Part shown: piece by piece, positions 43,629-54,022 of the stretch
Position numbering within the stretch: position 1 is the first letter of the stretch
How the letters are laid out: the number at the start of each line of letters is the position of its first letter
DNA from: an uncultured Planctomycetota bacterium
GTDB lineage: Bacteria > Planctomycetota > Planctomycetia > Gemmatales > Gemmataceae
Reading direction: 5' to 3'
DNA length: 64,000 nucleotides
Assembly (NCBI GenBank): GCA_963849325.1
Contig: CAWKHF010000002.1
Location: forward strand, 384,001 to 448,000
Notes under the pieces: model-generated
The model's input: only the letters and a program-made list of their open reading frames with translations
Told to the model about the DNA's origin: nothing
The model's database searches: none
Translations under genes and position numbers: made by a program

Positions 43629-45014
43629 TCAGAAAAAGTTCGAGTAGTCTTCCTCGACGCGCTTGTGCGAGAGGGAAGTGAAGAAATGGGCGTAGCAGAG
43701 CCAGGCAGCCAGGGCGTGCAGGTTGGCGAAGGGAGGCGGGACGTAGCGCGGCGGCACGAGCAACCCCTCGTCGGCGAGCAGCGCCAGCGTCTTGATGTCG
43801 TCGAGGTTCGTCTTGCCGCAGAACAGCAGCGGCACGCGCCGCGCCATGCCGTGCGTCACCGCCTGCCGCATGAAGTTGTACAGCAGGACGAAGCCCTTAC
43901 TGTAGCAAAGGTCTTTGGTGAAGGGACCGCAGCCCGCCGGCAGACTGCCGCGGAACAGACGCATCGTGTGCTGATAACTCTCGCGCGGATGGTAGCCTTC
44001 TTCGAGGAAGAAGCGATACACGTCGAGGAAATCGGCGCCCGACTCGGCCAGGGCGACGCCTTCGATGCGATGCGTCAAGCGGCGGACACGGGCGGGGTAC
44101 GAGGCGAACGACAGCACTTCGGTCAACACCGCCAGCCCTTCCTGCGTGGTCGTCGCGGACGGCGGACCTTTGCTGAGGAACGTGCAGATCGGTTGGCGTT
44201 GTCCGTTGAGCGTCGTGCCCAGGTGGACCCAGCCTTCATGGACTTCCAGCAAGCGGACCTCGCGCAGCGTGAATGAGGCGTCGTCGCGCAGCTTGATGTA
44301 GTCGCTGCCGGCCGCCGCGTCGGCGACGATGCCGTCGGACAGGCGCACGCGCACCGCCGACGGCATCTGGAAGAAGCCGGTGAGCCGTTCGGACAGCACG
44401 CACACCGCCTCGGCCGAGTCCAGGATCGGCTCGACCGGGGCGAGCGCCTTGTCGTGAGAGAGATTATCCAGCGTCCCAGCCAGCATCCGTCCGAGGTCGG
44501 CGAGGCTGGGGTCGCCGGCGTGGAAGCTATCGCGGGAGCTGCCGTACAGGCGCTCCGACAGCGCGGCGAAGGCGGGCGTACCGCGATGGACGAGCAGATC
44601 GAGGACTTGCCGATACTCCTCGCAGATGCGCGACATGATCTGGCCGGCGGCGTTGTATTTACCCAGCCGTTGCCGGATGTCGCGCTCGATGCCCAGGAAA
44701 TCTTGCCGTTTTTGCTCGGCGTCGAAGGGCAGGGGGCGCGAGAGGTAATAGTCTCGGCGAACCGGCGGCAGTTCGCGGCAGCCGGCGGCGAAGAAGGCGC
44801 GTTCGACGTCGTCGTCCCATTTGATGGCGTCGAGAATGCGGATGGGCCGCTGCGCCTCGACGAGACGGTCGCTCAGCGAGCGGATCAGCGCCTCATAAGT
44901 CGAGAGCGGACGGCCGGCTAAACCAGGCGGCTCGCCGTTGTCCTCCGCACAGATCGTCAAGGAGGGCGGGGCGCCCTCTCGTGTTCCGTTGGCCAGGTTG
45001 GGTTTGCCCATCAT
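43629..45014 (-). CDS. QEGLA-motif protein (DUF1704/MATCAP-like metallopeptidase); start uncertain
   Basis: EVHEGWVH (HExxxH), TTTQEGLA, FTKDLCYSKG, LFCGK. Confidence 0.88.
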   Translation of the reverse strand: MMGKPNLANGTREGAPPSLTICAEDNGEPPGLAGRPLSTYEALIRSLSDRLVEAQRPIRILDAIKWDDDVERAFFAAGCRELPPVRRDYYLSRPLPFDAEQKRQDFLGIERDIRQRLGKYNAAGQIMSRICEEYRQVLDLLVHRGTPAFAALSERLYGSSRDSFHAGDPSLADLGRMLAGTLDNLSHDKALAPVEPILDSAEAVCVLSERLTGFFQMPSAVRVRLSDGIVADAAAGSDYIKLRDDASFTLREVRLLEVHEGWVHLGTTLNGQRQPICTFLSKGPPSATTTQEGLAVLTEVLSFASYPARVRRLTHRIEGVALAESGADFLDVYRFFLEEGYHPRESYQHTMRLFRGSLPAGCGPFTKDLCYSKGFVLLYNFMRQAVTHGMARRVPLLFCGKTNLDDIKTLALLADEGLLVPPRYVPPPFANLHALAAWLCYAHFFTSLSHKRVEEDYSNFF

Positions 45015-45237
45015 CTCGCGTATCGACCGACGCACCGTCCGTTTCCTGCCACGAGGTGAGGCGCCTCCACTCACCTGGGCGCACGCGCACGGCCGTCCTC
45101 TTCGGGTTCCGTCCGCCATCCATCGCAAGCGTCCCTTCGCTCGCGTCCTGGAGTGTCCCTCGGCGAGCCGGGGCCACGTTGCCCCTTGTAGCCTGCCGAG
45201 TCGGATACGTCCAGAGCAGCCCTTGCCCAATTGTATC

Positions 45238-46047
45238 CTATTCGACCAGCAAGCGCCGCAGAGATTCCAGACCGAGTTCCGCCATCTGCGACGTTTTCAC
45301 CTGCCACAGCGTCGGGTTGAACAATTCCAGCGACACCCAACCCTCGTAGCCGATGGCGCGCAGTTGCTCGAGGATCGGCCGAAGGCGGAAGTCGCCCTCG
45401 CCCGGCAGAATGCGGTCGGCGTCGGTGGCCAACTGCGCGGCACACCGAGGACGTCGGACAGTTGCACGAAGGCGAGGTTGGCCGGCGACAGCAGACCGAG
45501 ATCGTCGAATTTACTTGGGCCGGTGTAGTAATGGAAAACGTCGAGGTTGACGCCGACGTTCGGCTCGCCGCACTGATCGACCAGGGCCACGGCCGTATCG
45601 AGGCTGGCGCAGAACGAGGCGGAACCGCGAAACTCCAGGGCGAGCCGAACGTCGAAGGCGGAGGCCCAGCTGCGCCGCCTGTGTCAGCGACACGACGGCC
45701 CGCTCCAGGCCCATCGCATCGACCTGGTCCACGAAATCGGCGGCGATCAAGAGGATCGGGATGCCGAAGCTCTGACACAGATCGAGCCGACGTTTGAAGT
45801 GATCGTAATGGGCCTGGCGCTGCTCTCCCTGCGACAGCAGCAGTCCGCCCTGGTAGGCGGCGGCGGCCAGCGTCATCTGGCGGTCTTCGAGCAGCTTGCG
45901 GGTATCGGCGACGGAGTGCTTTTCCAGGTGCGACTCCAGCTTGGTCAGCCACACCTCCAGGGCGTGACAGCCGCCGTCGGCGTAGCCGTTGACGTCCTCG
46001 GCGAAGGTGCTCGATAGCGTGGTGGCCTCGCTGATGCACGGTCTCAT
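45238..46047 (-). CDS. Sugar phosphate isomerase/epimerase (xylose-isomerase-like TIM barrel), frameshifted
   Basis: LALEF, NVGVNLDVFHYY, FVQLSD, DRILPGEG, GYEGWVSLELFN. Confidence 0.85.
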
Positions 46048-46420
46048 GTTCCCATGCTAACGCCACGGGGCGCGAAGTCCAACGGCTTGTCGCGGGAAAC
46101 TTTTCGAGGAAAAACGCGATTACCCTCTTGCAATCGGGCCGCTCGCCTGGCACACTCACGGCTTGAAGGCAATTGCTCGGGAACAAGGGGAGGTTCGGAT
46201 CGCTGCGTGCGAAGCCGGAAACGGTTTTCGAGAGGAGAGTCCTCACGAAACCATCCGCGCCGCTGGCCCCCTTGCGGGCGCGGCCCTGGAGTGGAGTTTT
46301 CTTCCTCTCCTTCCGCTCTCGATCTATAGTTTGTAAGATGGACGAAGGACCGTTCGGTCCATGCGCGTCTTGCAGGTCCTTCGCGGCGCCAGGCGGATTC
46401 GCGGCAACAGAAGGGAACCG

Positions 46421-48808
46421 ATGCCGTCGCCAGCCACTATCGACGAATTCCTGGAGTCTGGTGCGCAAAAGCGGGGTCGTCGATGACACCCGACTCGCAG
46501 CGTATCTGGACAAGGTGCGCGCCGCCGGGGTACTTCCCGCCGATCCGCCGCGGTTGGCCGGCCTGCTGGTGCGCGACGGTTGGCTGACGCACTTCCAGGC
46601 GGAGCAGTTCCTGCAAGGCAAATGGCGTCGCTTCACCATCGGCAAATACAAGGTGCTCGAACGCCTCGGTGCCGGCGGCATGGGGCAACGTTTACTTGTG
46701 CGAACACAAGTTGATGCGTCGCCGCGTGGCCGTCAAGGTGCTGCCGACGGCCAAGGCCGACGATGCCTCGTCGCTGGAACGATTCTATCGCGAGGCCCGC
46801 GCCGTCGCCGCCCTGGATCACCCCAACATCGTCCGCGCCTACGACATCGACCAGGACGACAAATTGCACTTCCTGGTCATGGAGCACGTGGACGGCGCCA
46901 GCCTGCAGGAGATCGTCAAGAAGACCGGCCCGATGGACGTGCTACGGGCCTGTCACTACATTCGTCAAGCCGCCCTGGGCTTGCAGCACGCGCATGAGAC
47001 TGCCGGGATCGTCCACCGCGACATCAAACCAGGCAACATCCTGGTGGACCGCAACGGTATCGTCAAAGTCCTCGACATGGGACTGGCGCTTCTTCCATGA
47101 CGAGGACGACGTCCTGACGAAGAAATACGAGGAAAATGTCCTGGGGACGGCCGATTACCTGGCCCCGGAGCAAGCGCTGGACAGTCATTCGGTAGACATT
47201 CGGGCGGACATTTACAGTCTCGGAGCGACGTTTTATTTCTGTCTGACGGGGCGGACGCCGTTCGCGGAAGGGACGGTGGCGCAGAAACTCATCTGGCACC
47301 AGACGCGGCAGCCCAAGCCCTTGCGGCAGCTGCGGCCGGAAGTGCCGGAAGAGGTGGCGGCCCTGCTCGACAAGATGATGGCGAAGGACGCGGCGGCGGC
47401 GTTTCCCGACGCCGGCGGCGGTGGCCGACGCGCTGGCGGCGTGGACGCAGACGCCGATCCCTCCGCCTCCCGAGAACGAGATGCCGCAGTTCAGCCTGGC
47501 CGCGATGGGTAGTAGCGCGGCCGAAACCACCCTCGCCGCGGGGCCGCGGACGCCCGGAAGCAGCGGCGAGTTGTCGCCGACGCCGCGAAAGCTGTGGCAG
47601 GTTTCTTCGCGGACCACGCCTCCGCCATCCAGTCCTCCTCCCCAATCGAATCCGCCCGCGTCAGCCCCGCCGCAAGACGAATCCACCTCCGTCGCTCGAC
47701 CTTGCCGCCGCGGACACCCAGTCCGGCCGTGACGCCGGCATCGGGTACACGTGCTCCGGTCCCTGCTCCCGTGACACCGCCGATCCGCGCCGCCGTCTCC
47801 GCTCCGGTGCCGGTGAGCCGTGCGCTCGCCGCCAATGGCGCCCCGCAAGCGGCTTCGGCCCCGGTGATGCCTGCGCCGGTGACGGAGACGGCGCAGCCCG
47901 AGGAAGCGATTTCCTGGGGAGCGCTGGTTGCGGAGAATGGGGCGACTTCGCTCCCGAGCGATCCACCCCATCGAGCCGCGCGCAAAGGGCCGGTTTCCTC
48001 GACCCTCCGTGTCGGAGGTCTGCCGCCGGCACCCGCTCAGAATTACGGATTGGCCTGGATCGTCGGCATCGCCTCCGGCATCGTCCTGGTTCTTGTCGTC
48101 CTCGGCGGCATCCTCGCCTGGGCCTTGGGCAAAAAAACGGAGACAGGGGAAGCGGACAGGACCGGACCCCTCGTCCTGTTCGTCAACCGCCTCGGTACCA
48201 ACGATTCCTTCTCTTCCATCGCTGCCGCCGTGGCGAAGGTCCGTGGCCGGGGCAAACACCCGGCACACATCGTCGTCCAGGAGGATCTGGCCGAAAGCGG
48301 CGTCCTGGTTGACCTTCCCAACCTGAGTATCGAAGCGGAAGCCGGTAAGGCCATTCACTGGAAGCCGTCGTCGAAGTCGGGAGCCTCGAGCCTGCTGACG
48401 GTTTACAAGGCGGAAGGGTTCCACCTGAAAGGCTTCACGCTCGACGGCGACAACCGCATCGATAAGCTGGTCTACCTCGGACATCACTGTCCCGGCGTCA
48501 GACTGGAAGACCTTACCTTGCAGGGGTTCAAGAAGTACGGCATCCAGATCAGCAGTTGCGAGGGGGGTCCCAGTCCCGAAAAGCACGTCGTACTCCAGCG
48601 ATTGACGTTCGTAACAGATCGCCAAGCCCAGACCGATCTTTTTTTCAGCATTGAGGATTTCCACAAAGACGCCATCCCCACGAACAAATATTTCATCGTC
48701 CGGGACTGCACGTTTGAGGGTCCTGGGACGAAAGTGAAAACACCCGATCGCACCACTCTCGATCACATCGAGTTCCCTCCCGGCATTCAGCCGGTGCAAG
48801 GGCCGTGA
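46421..48808 (+). CDS. Membrane Ser/Thr protein kinase with Pro-rich linker and C-terminal extracytoplasmic domain, frameshifted
   Basis: LGAGGMG, VAVKVL, HRDIKPGN, KVLDMG, GTADYLAPE, DIYSLG; TM WIVGIASGIVLVLVVLGGILAWAL. Confidence 0.88.
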
Positions 48809-48855
48809 ACTCCGCCTCGACGGCTCGCCACCTCGCCCTCGACAGGACTGCACTC

Positions 48856-49833
48856 ATGCCGTACCCGCTGTTCGATCGTTCCCGCTTGCGCCTTCAACCG
48901 CTTTCCCAGCGACAGCACGACCTCGACCTTTCGGTCCTACTGCCGTTGGATGCGCCGTTGCCGATCTTCGAGCACCCGGCGCTCCCGCTCTTCGGCCGGC
49001 GCCTGACCGATGCCCGCCACAACGGCCGCGCCCGCATCCTGGTCATGGGTGCCCACGTGATCCGCGCCGGCGTATCGCGCTATCTCATCGACCTGATGGA
49101 GCGCGGCCTGATCGACCACCTCGCCATGAACGGGGCTGGCCCCATCCACGACTGGGAATTGGCCCTCATCGGCGCCACGACCGAGAGCGTGGCCCGCTAC
49201 ATCCGCAGCGGCGAATTCGGCCTGTGGAATGAGACGGGACGGATGAACGACGTCATCCGCGACGGCGCCCGGCGCGGCCTGGGTCTGGGCGAAGCGCTGG
49301 GCCTGACTATCCGCGACGAGAAGTTTCCCCACGCCGACATCAGCGTCCTCGCCGCCGGCGTCCGCCTCGGCGTGCCGGTGACGGTCCACCCCGGCATCGG
49401 TTACGACATCCTCCACGAACATCCCAACTGCGACGGCGCCGCCCTCGGCGAGACGAGTTATCGTGATTTCCTGGCCTTCGCCCAGACCGTGACGCGCCTG
49501 GAAGGCGGCGTGATGCTGAACTTCGGCTCGGCCGTCATGGGGCCGGAAGTGTACCTCAAGGCGTTGGCGATGGCGCGGAACGTCGCCCATCAGGAAGGCC
49601 GTGTCATCCGCCATTTCACGACCGGCGTGTTCGATCTGGCCCCTCTGGAGGGCGACACGCGGCAACAAGCTCCCAAGAGCGATCCGCGCTATTACTATCG
49701 GCCGTGGAAGACCATCCTCGTGCGCACCGTGGCCGACGGCGGCGAGAGCTTCTACGTCCAGGGCGATCATCGTGTCACCGTGCCGCATCTCCATCATGCC
49801 GCCGTGCAGGCCATGCGGCACACGCAGGGGTAG
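48856..49833 (+). CDS. Conserved protein, deoxyhypusine-synthase-like fold
   Basis: MGAHVIRAG, AMNGAGPIHDWE, VPVTVHPGIGYDI, GSAVMGPEVYLKAL. Confidence 0.7.
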   Translation: MPYPLFDRSRLRLQPLSQRQHDLDLSVLLPLDAPLPIFEHPALPLFGRRLTDARHNGRARILVMGAHVIRAGVSRYLIDLMERGLIDHLAMNGAGPIHDWELALIGATTESVARYIRSGEFGLWNETGRMNDVIRDGARRGLGLGEALGLTIRDEKFPHADISVLAAGVRLGVPVTVHPGIGYDILHEHPNCDGAALGETSYRDFLAFAQTVTRLEGGVMLNFGSAVMGPEVYLKALAMARNVAHQEGRVIRHFTTGVFDLAPLEGDTRQQAPKSDPRYYYRPWKTILVRTVADGGESFYVQGDHRVTVPHLHHAAVQAMRHTQG

Positions 49834-49845
49834 GAGGGTCGCATC

Positions 49846-50890
49846 ATGGCCGGTCCTCGTCCGCTGGATACGGAGAGCCTGGAAGCGATTTTGCAGCGCC
49901 TCCCCCATCTGACGATCGGGGTCGTGGGCGATCTATTTCTCGATCGCTATCTCGATCTGGATGCTGCCTTGACCGAGCCGTCCCTGGAGACGGGACGGGA
50001 CGCCTATCAGGTCGTGAGCGTTCGCTCCCGTCCCGGCGCCGCCGGGACGGTGATCAACAACCTCGTCGCCCTGGGCGTCGGCCGAATTTGTCCGATCGCG
50101 GTCCTCGGCGACGACGGCGAGGGCTACGAGCTACGGCAAGCGCTCGACCGGCAAGCGGCCATCGATCCGAACGGTCTCATCCTGGCCCCGGATCGCCGCA
50201 CGCCGACTTACACCAAGCCGATGCTGCACGAGAAGGGATCGCCGCCTTGCGAACTGAACCGGCTCGACATCAAGAACCGCCGGCCGATGTCGTCGTCCCT
50301 CGAAGCGCAAATCGAGAAGAAACTGGCGGACGCCTGGCCGCAACTGGATGGCCTGGTAGCGCTCGATCAGGTGAGCGAGGCGGACTGCGGCGTCATCACG
50401 GCGCGCGTGCGCGGACGGCTCGCGGACCTGGCCGCGCGGGAGCCGGACAAGTTCGTCCTGGCGGACAGTCGAGAACGGATCGGCTTGTTTCGTGGCTTGT
50501 GTCTGAAACCGAATCGTCCGGAAGCCCTACGCGCGGCGGGTTGCCCGGCCGAGGGAGGAGACGCGATCCTGGATCGCGCCGCCTCCCAGCTGGCGCGGCA
50601 GTCGGGTCGGGACGTATTCTGCACGGATGGAGCGCGTGGCATCTTGATCGCCTCGCCGGATGGCATCTCGAACGCGCATCCCCGCCTATCCCGTCCGCGG
50701 CCCCATCGACATTGTTGGCGCCGGCGACAGCACGAGCGCCGCCCTCGTCGCCGCCAGGGCGAGCGGGGCCATCGCCGAGATGGCCACCGCCTTCGGCAAC
50801 TTGGTGGCGTCGATCACTATCCGGCAGCTGGGCACGACGGGCACGGCCACGCCAGCGCAGGTTCGGGAACGCTGGCGGGAAGTGCATTGA
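49846..50890 (+). CDS. PfkB-family carbohydrate kinase (HldE/RfaE domain-I-like), frameshift near 50670
   Basis: VVGDLFLDRY, PGAAGTVINNL, LKPNRPE, DIVGAGDS. Confidence 0.85.
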
Positions 50891-50898
50891 CACGCTAG

Positions 50899-50946
50899 CA
50901 GCCCGCAGCGCGAGCAAGGCTCGCCCACTGGCGGCGCTGCGGGCTG
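50899..50946. repeat. Palindrome/REP-like hairpin between convergent genes
   Basis: cagcccgcagcgc...gcgctgcgggctg. Confidence 0.7.
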
Positions 50947-50956
50947 GATCGTCGCC

Positions 50957-51670
50957 TCACGCGGCGGAGCAGGCGGCCGCCGCCTTCTTCGCCCAGCGCT
51001 CGCTACAGGCATTGACCAAACCGCGGAACAATTGAATGTCCAGGCCGGAGGCGGTGGCGGAAGCGGGGTGCCACTGTACGCCGAGAGCGAACCAGTCGCC
51101 GTCCGCCTCGATGGCCTCGACCACGCCGTCCAGGGCTTGCGCACACATGCGGAAGCCGCGGGACACGCGCTGCACGGCGCGGCGGTGTTCACTGTTGACC
51201 ACCACTTCGCCCTCGCCATACAGGCCGGCCAGCATCGTATCGGGCAGGACGTTGATGGCGTGGCGCAGACCGCGCTCGGGCGGATGGCGATGCTGCAACG
51301 CCTCGGGCTGATCGCGTGGCAAATCGAGATAGACGGTGCCGCCGTGAGCCGTGTTGAGGACGTGCAGACCGTGATCGATCCCCAGCAGCGGGAAGCGCCG
51401 GTTGTTGCACCACAGGCACAACTCTTCGGATTCCGCCGTGGGACGCCGCCCGTCGACGTCGTGGCCGGAAAGGACGACGCCGTGCAGGCCGTCGAAGACC
51501 TCGTCCCAGGAACGGTCGCCGACTTCCGTCACCAGGACCGGCTCGGCTTCCGCAGCCGTGAGGCAGGCGGCGATGCCGGCCGGCCATAGTCCGCAGCCGT
51601 GCCGCTCGTTGCCGATGACGTTGTCCTGGCCGTAGATCCCGATGCGAATAGAGGGAGCGCGACTCGACAT
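50957..51670 (-). CDS. Peptidase C26/PuuD-like glutamine amidotransferase homolog lacking the catalytic Cys
   Basis: LHGVVLSG, PLLGIDHGLHVLNTAHGGT, VNSEHRRAV, DGVVEAIE, GVQWHP. Confidence 0.82.
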   Translation of the reverse strand: MSSRAPSIRIGIYGQDNVIGNERHGCGLWPAGIAACLTAAEAEPVLVTEVGDRSWDEVFDGLHGVVLSGHDVDGRRPTAESEELCLWCNNRRFPLLGIDHGLHVLNTAHGGTVYLDLPRDQPEALQHRHPPERGLRHAINVLPDTMLAGLYGEGEVVVNSEHRRAVQRVSRGFRMCAQALDGVVEAIEADGDWFALGVQWHPASATASGLDIQLFRGLVNACSERWAKKAAAACSAA

Positions 51671-51902
51671 GGAGGACTCCTTTCCTCGATACGGAGTGAA
51701 TGCGGTGAAGCCGTTGTTCCTCGGCTCTGTCGAGAAGAGATTGTAACCGAAATGGCGGCGATGACCAGCGGAAAATGGAAAAAAAAGACACGGGAGTGCC
51801 GTAGCGGTTTTGGACAGAAATAGACACAATTCATCTCGGCAACTGCTTTTTCTTTTCGCGTAGCCGTTGATCGAGACGGCGTTCCCGGAAGGAGACAAGA
51901 TC

Positions 51903-52169
51903 ATGAACCGAATGGTGGTGAAAGCGCGGGTGAGCAGTGACGGCAGTCTGCGCCTGGATCTTCCCTTGGGGATGGAAGAGGCGGACAAGGAGGTGCAGGT
52001 GACGGTGGAGCCGGTGCCGCCTGCCGGAAAACAGCGAACGATGAGCGCATCCGATCTTCTTCATTCCGGCTTGGTCGGAATGTGGGCCGACCGCGCGGAC
52101 ATCGGCGACAGCAAGGAATTCGCCCGCCGTCTGCGGGTGCAGGCGCAGAACCGGAGACGTGACCCATGA
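51903..52169 (+). CDS. Antitoxin-like small protein (88 aa)
   Basis: GGAG RBS; AbrB-like N-terminus (ARVSSDGSLRLDLP...EVQVTVEP) and GMWADRADIGDSKEFARRLR tail; ATGA-coupled to a PIN-like start. Confidence 0.7.
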   Translation: MNRMVVKARVSSDGSLRLDLPLGMEEADKEVQVTVEPVPPAGKQRTMSASDLLHSGLVGMWADRADIGDSKEFARRLRVQAQNRRRDP

Positions 52170-52195
52170 TCCTGCTCGACACGAACGTTGCCGAT
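52166..52195 (+). pseudogene. PIN/VapC toxin stub
   Basis: MILLDTNV is a canonical PIN start; similarity ends after about 8 codons. Confidence 0.6.
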
Positions 52196-52219
52196 CTCAC
52201 GAAGACCCTGGAAAGAGAC

Positions 52220-52250
52220 GGGCCGCGTCTCGAAAGGAGAAACGCGGCCC
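52220..52250. terminator. GC-rich hairpin between convergent genes
   Basis: gggccgcgt...acgcggccc stem; no clear U-tract. Confidence 0.45.
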
Positions 52251-52285
52251 GAAAGAGGTTTCGCAGGCGTTCGGAAAGCAGTGTC

Positions 52286-53295
52286 TCAGCCGAGCAGCAA
52301 GCTCGGCTCCCAGCCGACGCGCTCGGCGGAGGCCCGCAGCTTTTCGAGGGCGCGGTTCTGGATCTGCCGCACGCGCTCCTTGCTGATGCGCAGCAGGTGG
52401 CCGATCTGCCGCAGGCTGTGCGTGCCGTTGCCGGTCAGCCCGAAGCGCAGATCGAGGACCTTCCGCTCGCGCGGCCGCAGGTTTTCCATGAGGAAGTGCA
52501 GGGCTTCCTGGCGCTCGGAGTTCTGCCGCAGCGTGGTGCTCTCGTTGTCCGGCATCGCCTCGGTGAGCTTGAAATCGCTGTCGTCGTCGAGGACGGCATT
52601 GAGCGAGACCGGCGTGCGCGTGGCGGTTTGCAGATGGGTCAGATGTTCGAGGCTGCTGCCGGTGCGCGAGGCCAACTCCTGCGGGCTGGGCAGGTGCTTG
52701 CCGCCGTGGGCCAGCGCCTCGGACTCCTGCTGGAGCAGGCCGAGTTCCTGCAAGTGGTGCGGCGACAGGCTGACCAGGTGGCTCTGGCGGGCGACGGCGA
52801 TTTGCAGCGTCTGGCGAATCCACCAGGTCGCGTAGGTCGCCAGGCGGGTGCCGTGGCTGACGTCGAAGCGGTCGATGGCCTGCATCAGGCCGCAGACGGC
52901 TTCCTGCAGCAGGTCGGCGTAGCTGAGGGCGTGGTGGCGGAAGCGCTTGGCGACGTGGGCGGCCAGGCGGATGTTGGCCGAGGCCAGGCGATGCTTGAAG
53001 TGGATGTAGCGGTCGTGCAGGCGGCGAACCGCGACGACGGCTGCGGGCGTCGTTGTCGCAGTGGTCGCGGATGAACTGAGCCATGGGCCACGGCTCCAGG
53101 GCGGGGCGGTGCTGGCGGAGGCGGGAGAAATTGCGGATCAGCACCCGAACCAACTCGCTCTTGGTTTCCCAGAAGTCGGCGAGCAACTCGCGCTCTTCCT
53201 CGGGAGTCAGGAGGTCGGAAGAGAAAATCGTGGTCGGCGCCACAGGAGCGCTTCTCTTCGGTAACCGGCTGGCGCTTCCGACGTCGCGTCTTCAT
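52286..53295 (-). CDS. Sigma-70 family factor (RpoD/SigA-like regions 1.2-4, no region 1.1), frameshifted
   Basis: LLTPEEERE, ANIRLAAHVAKRF, DLLQEA, AIDRFD...RLATYATWWIRQ, SLRQIGHLLRISKERVRQIQNRALEKLR. Confidence 0.88.
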
Positions 53296-53783
53296 GGCCG
53301 TCTTTCCCTACATCTAGAGGCTATTCAACTCTCGTCCCAACAACAATTTGCCGCCGTTCGGCCTTGAGCGACGACAACAAACAACCCGCGTGCCCCGACA
53401 CGGATTAGCCAGCAACGGTTGCCCGCGCTGGCAACAGGTGACGGGGCCGGCTTGCGGTGGCACGGTCTTCTCTGTCAGTGCGGCGAGACAAAAACACGCC
53501 GCTCGACCGAACCGCGTCGATCCCTGGACTTCAGCAACTCATCCGTGAGAGATCGCGGCTCAGCTCGGGTCGGCGTCCGGGGCATACGGTCGCGGACTCT
53601 GCTGCCAGGGAGGAAAGGCCACCTTACCAGGTTCGCAATCCTTTGGAACCGTATGCGGACGAAAGGGTTCTCCCTGTTCTTCCTAACGTGCGGGCTTATT
53701 GTAAAGTGCCGCCGCGCCCATATCAAGATTTATTATCGAAAAGTCATCAAGGTCTTTTCGGAAGGCATTGCCCGATGCTATCG

Positions 53784-53833
53784 GAGCCGCGACCGTAAGG
53801 GAGTGGATCCCCGCTCCCTCGCGGTCGCGGCTC
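53784..53833. repeat. REP-like palindrome family A, copy 4
   Basis: gagccgcgaccgtaagggag...ctccctcgcggtcgcggctc, preceded by gatgctatc as in copy 3. Confidence 0.85.
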
Positions 53834-54022
53834 GGTTCTTTCTCCCGTACTCTCCACTCGCAACTTTCGTACCCCTCGCGGAAACGGAGTCTTTGGACTT
53901 CCCGACGGCGTGAGCTAAAATAGCTCGTCCGATCGTTCGTCCTCTCGCTGCCGACGCTTGAGTAGCTGTCCGATCGGGGTTCGGTGGGCCGAGCGGCGAG
54001 AGTAGGCGCCGGGAGTGCGCGG

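Noticed and set aside
52166-53074. 302-aa ORF as a full PIN toxin
   Set aside because: Only the first ~8 codons are PIN-like; the rest is the antisense shadow of the sigma-70 gene.
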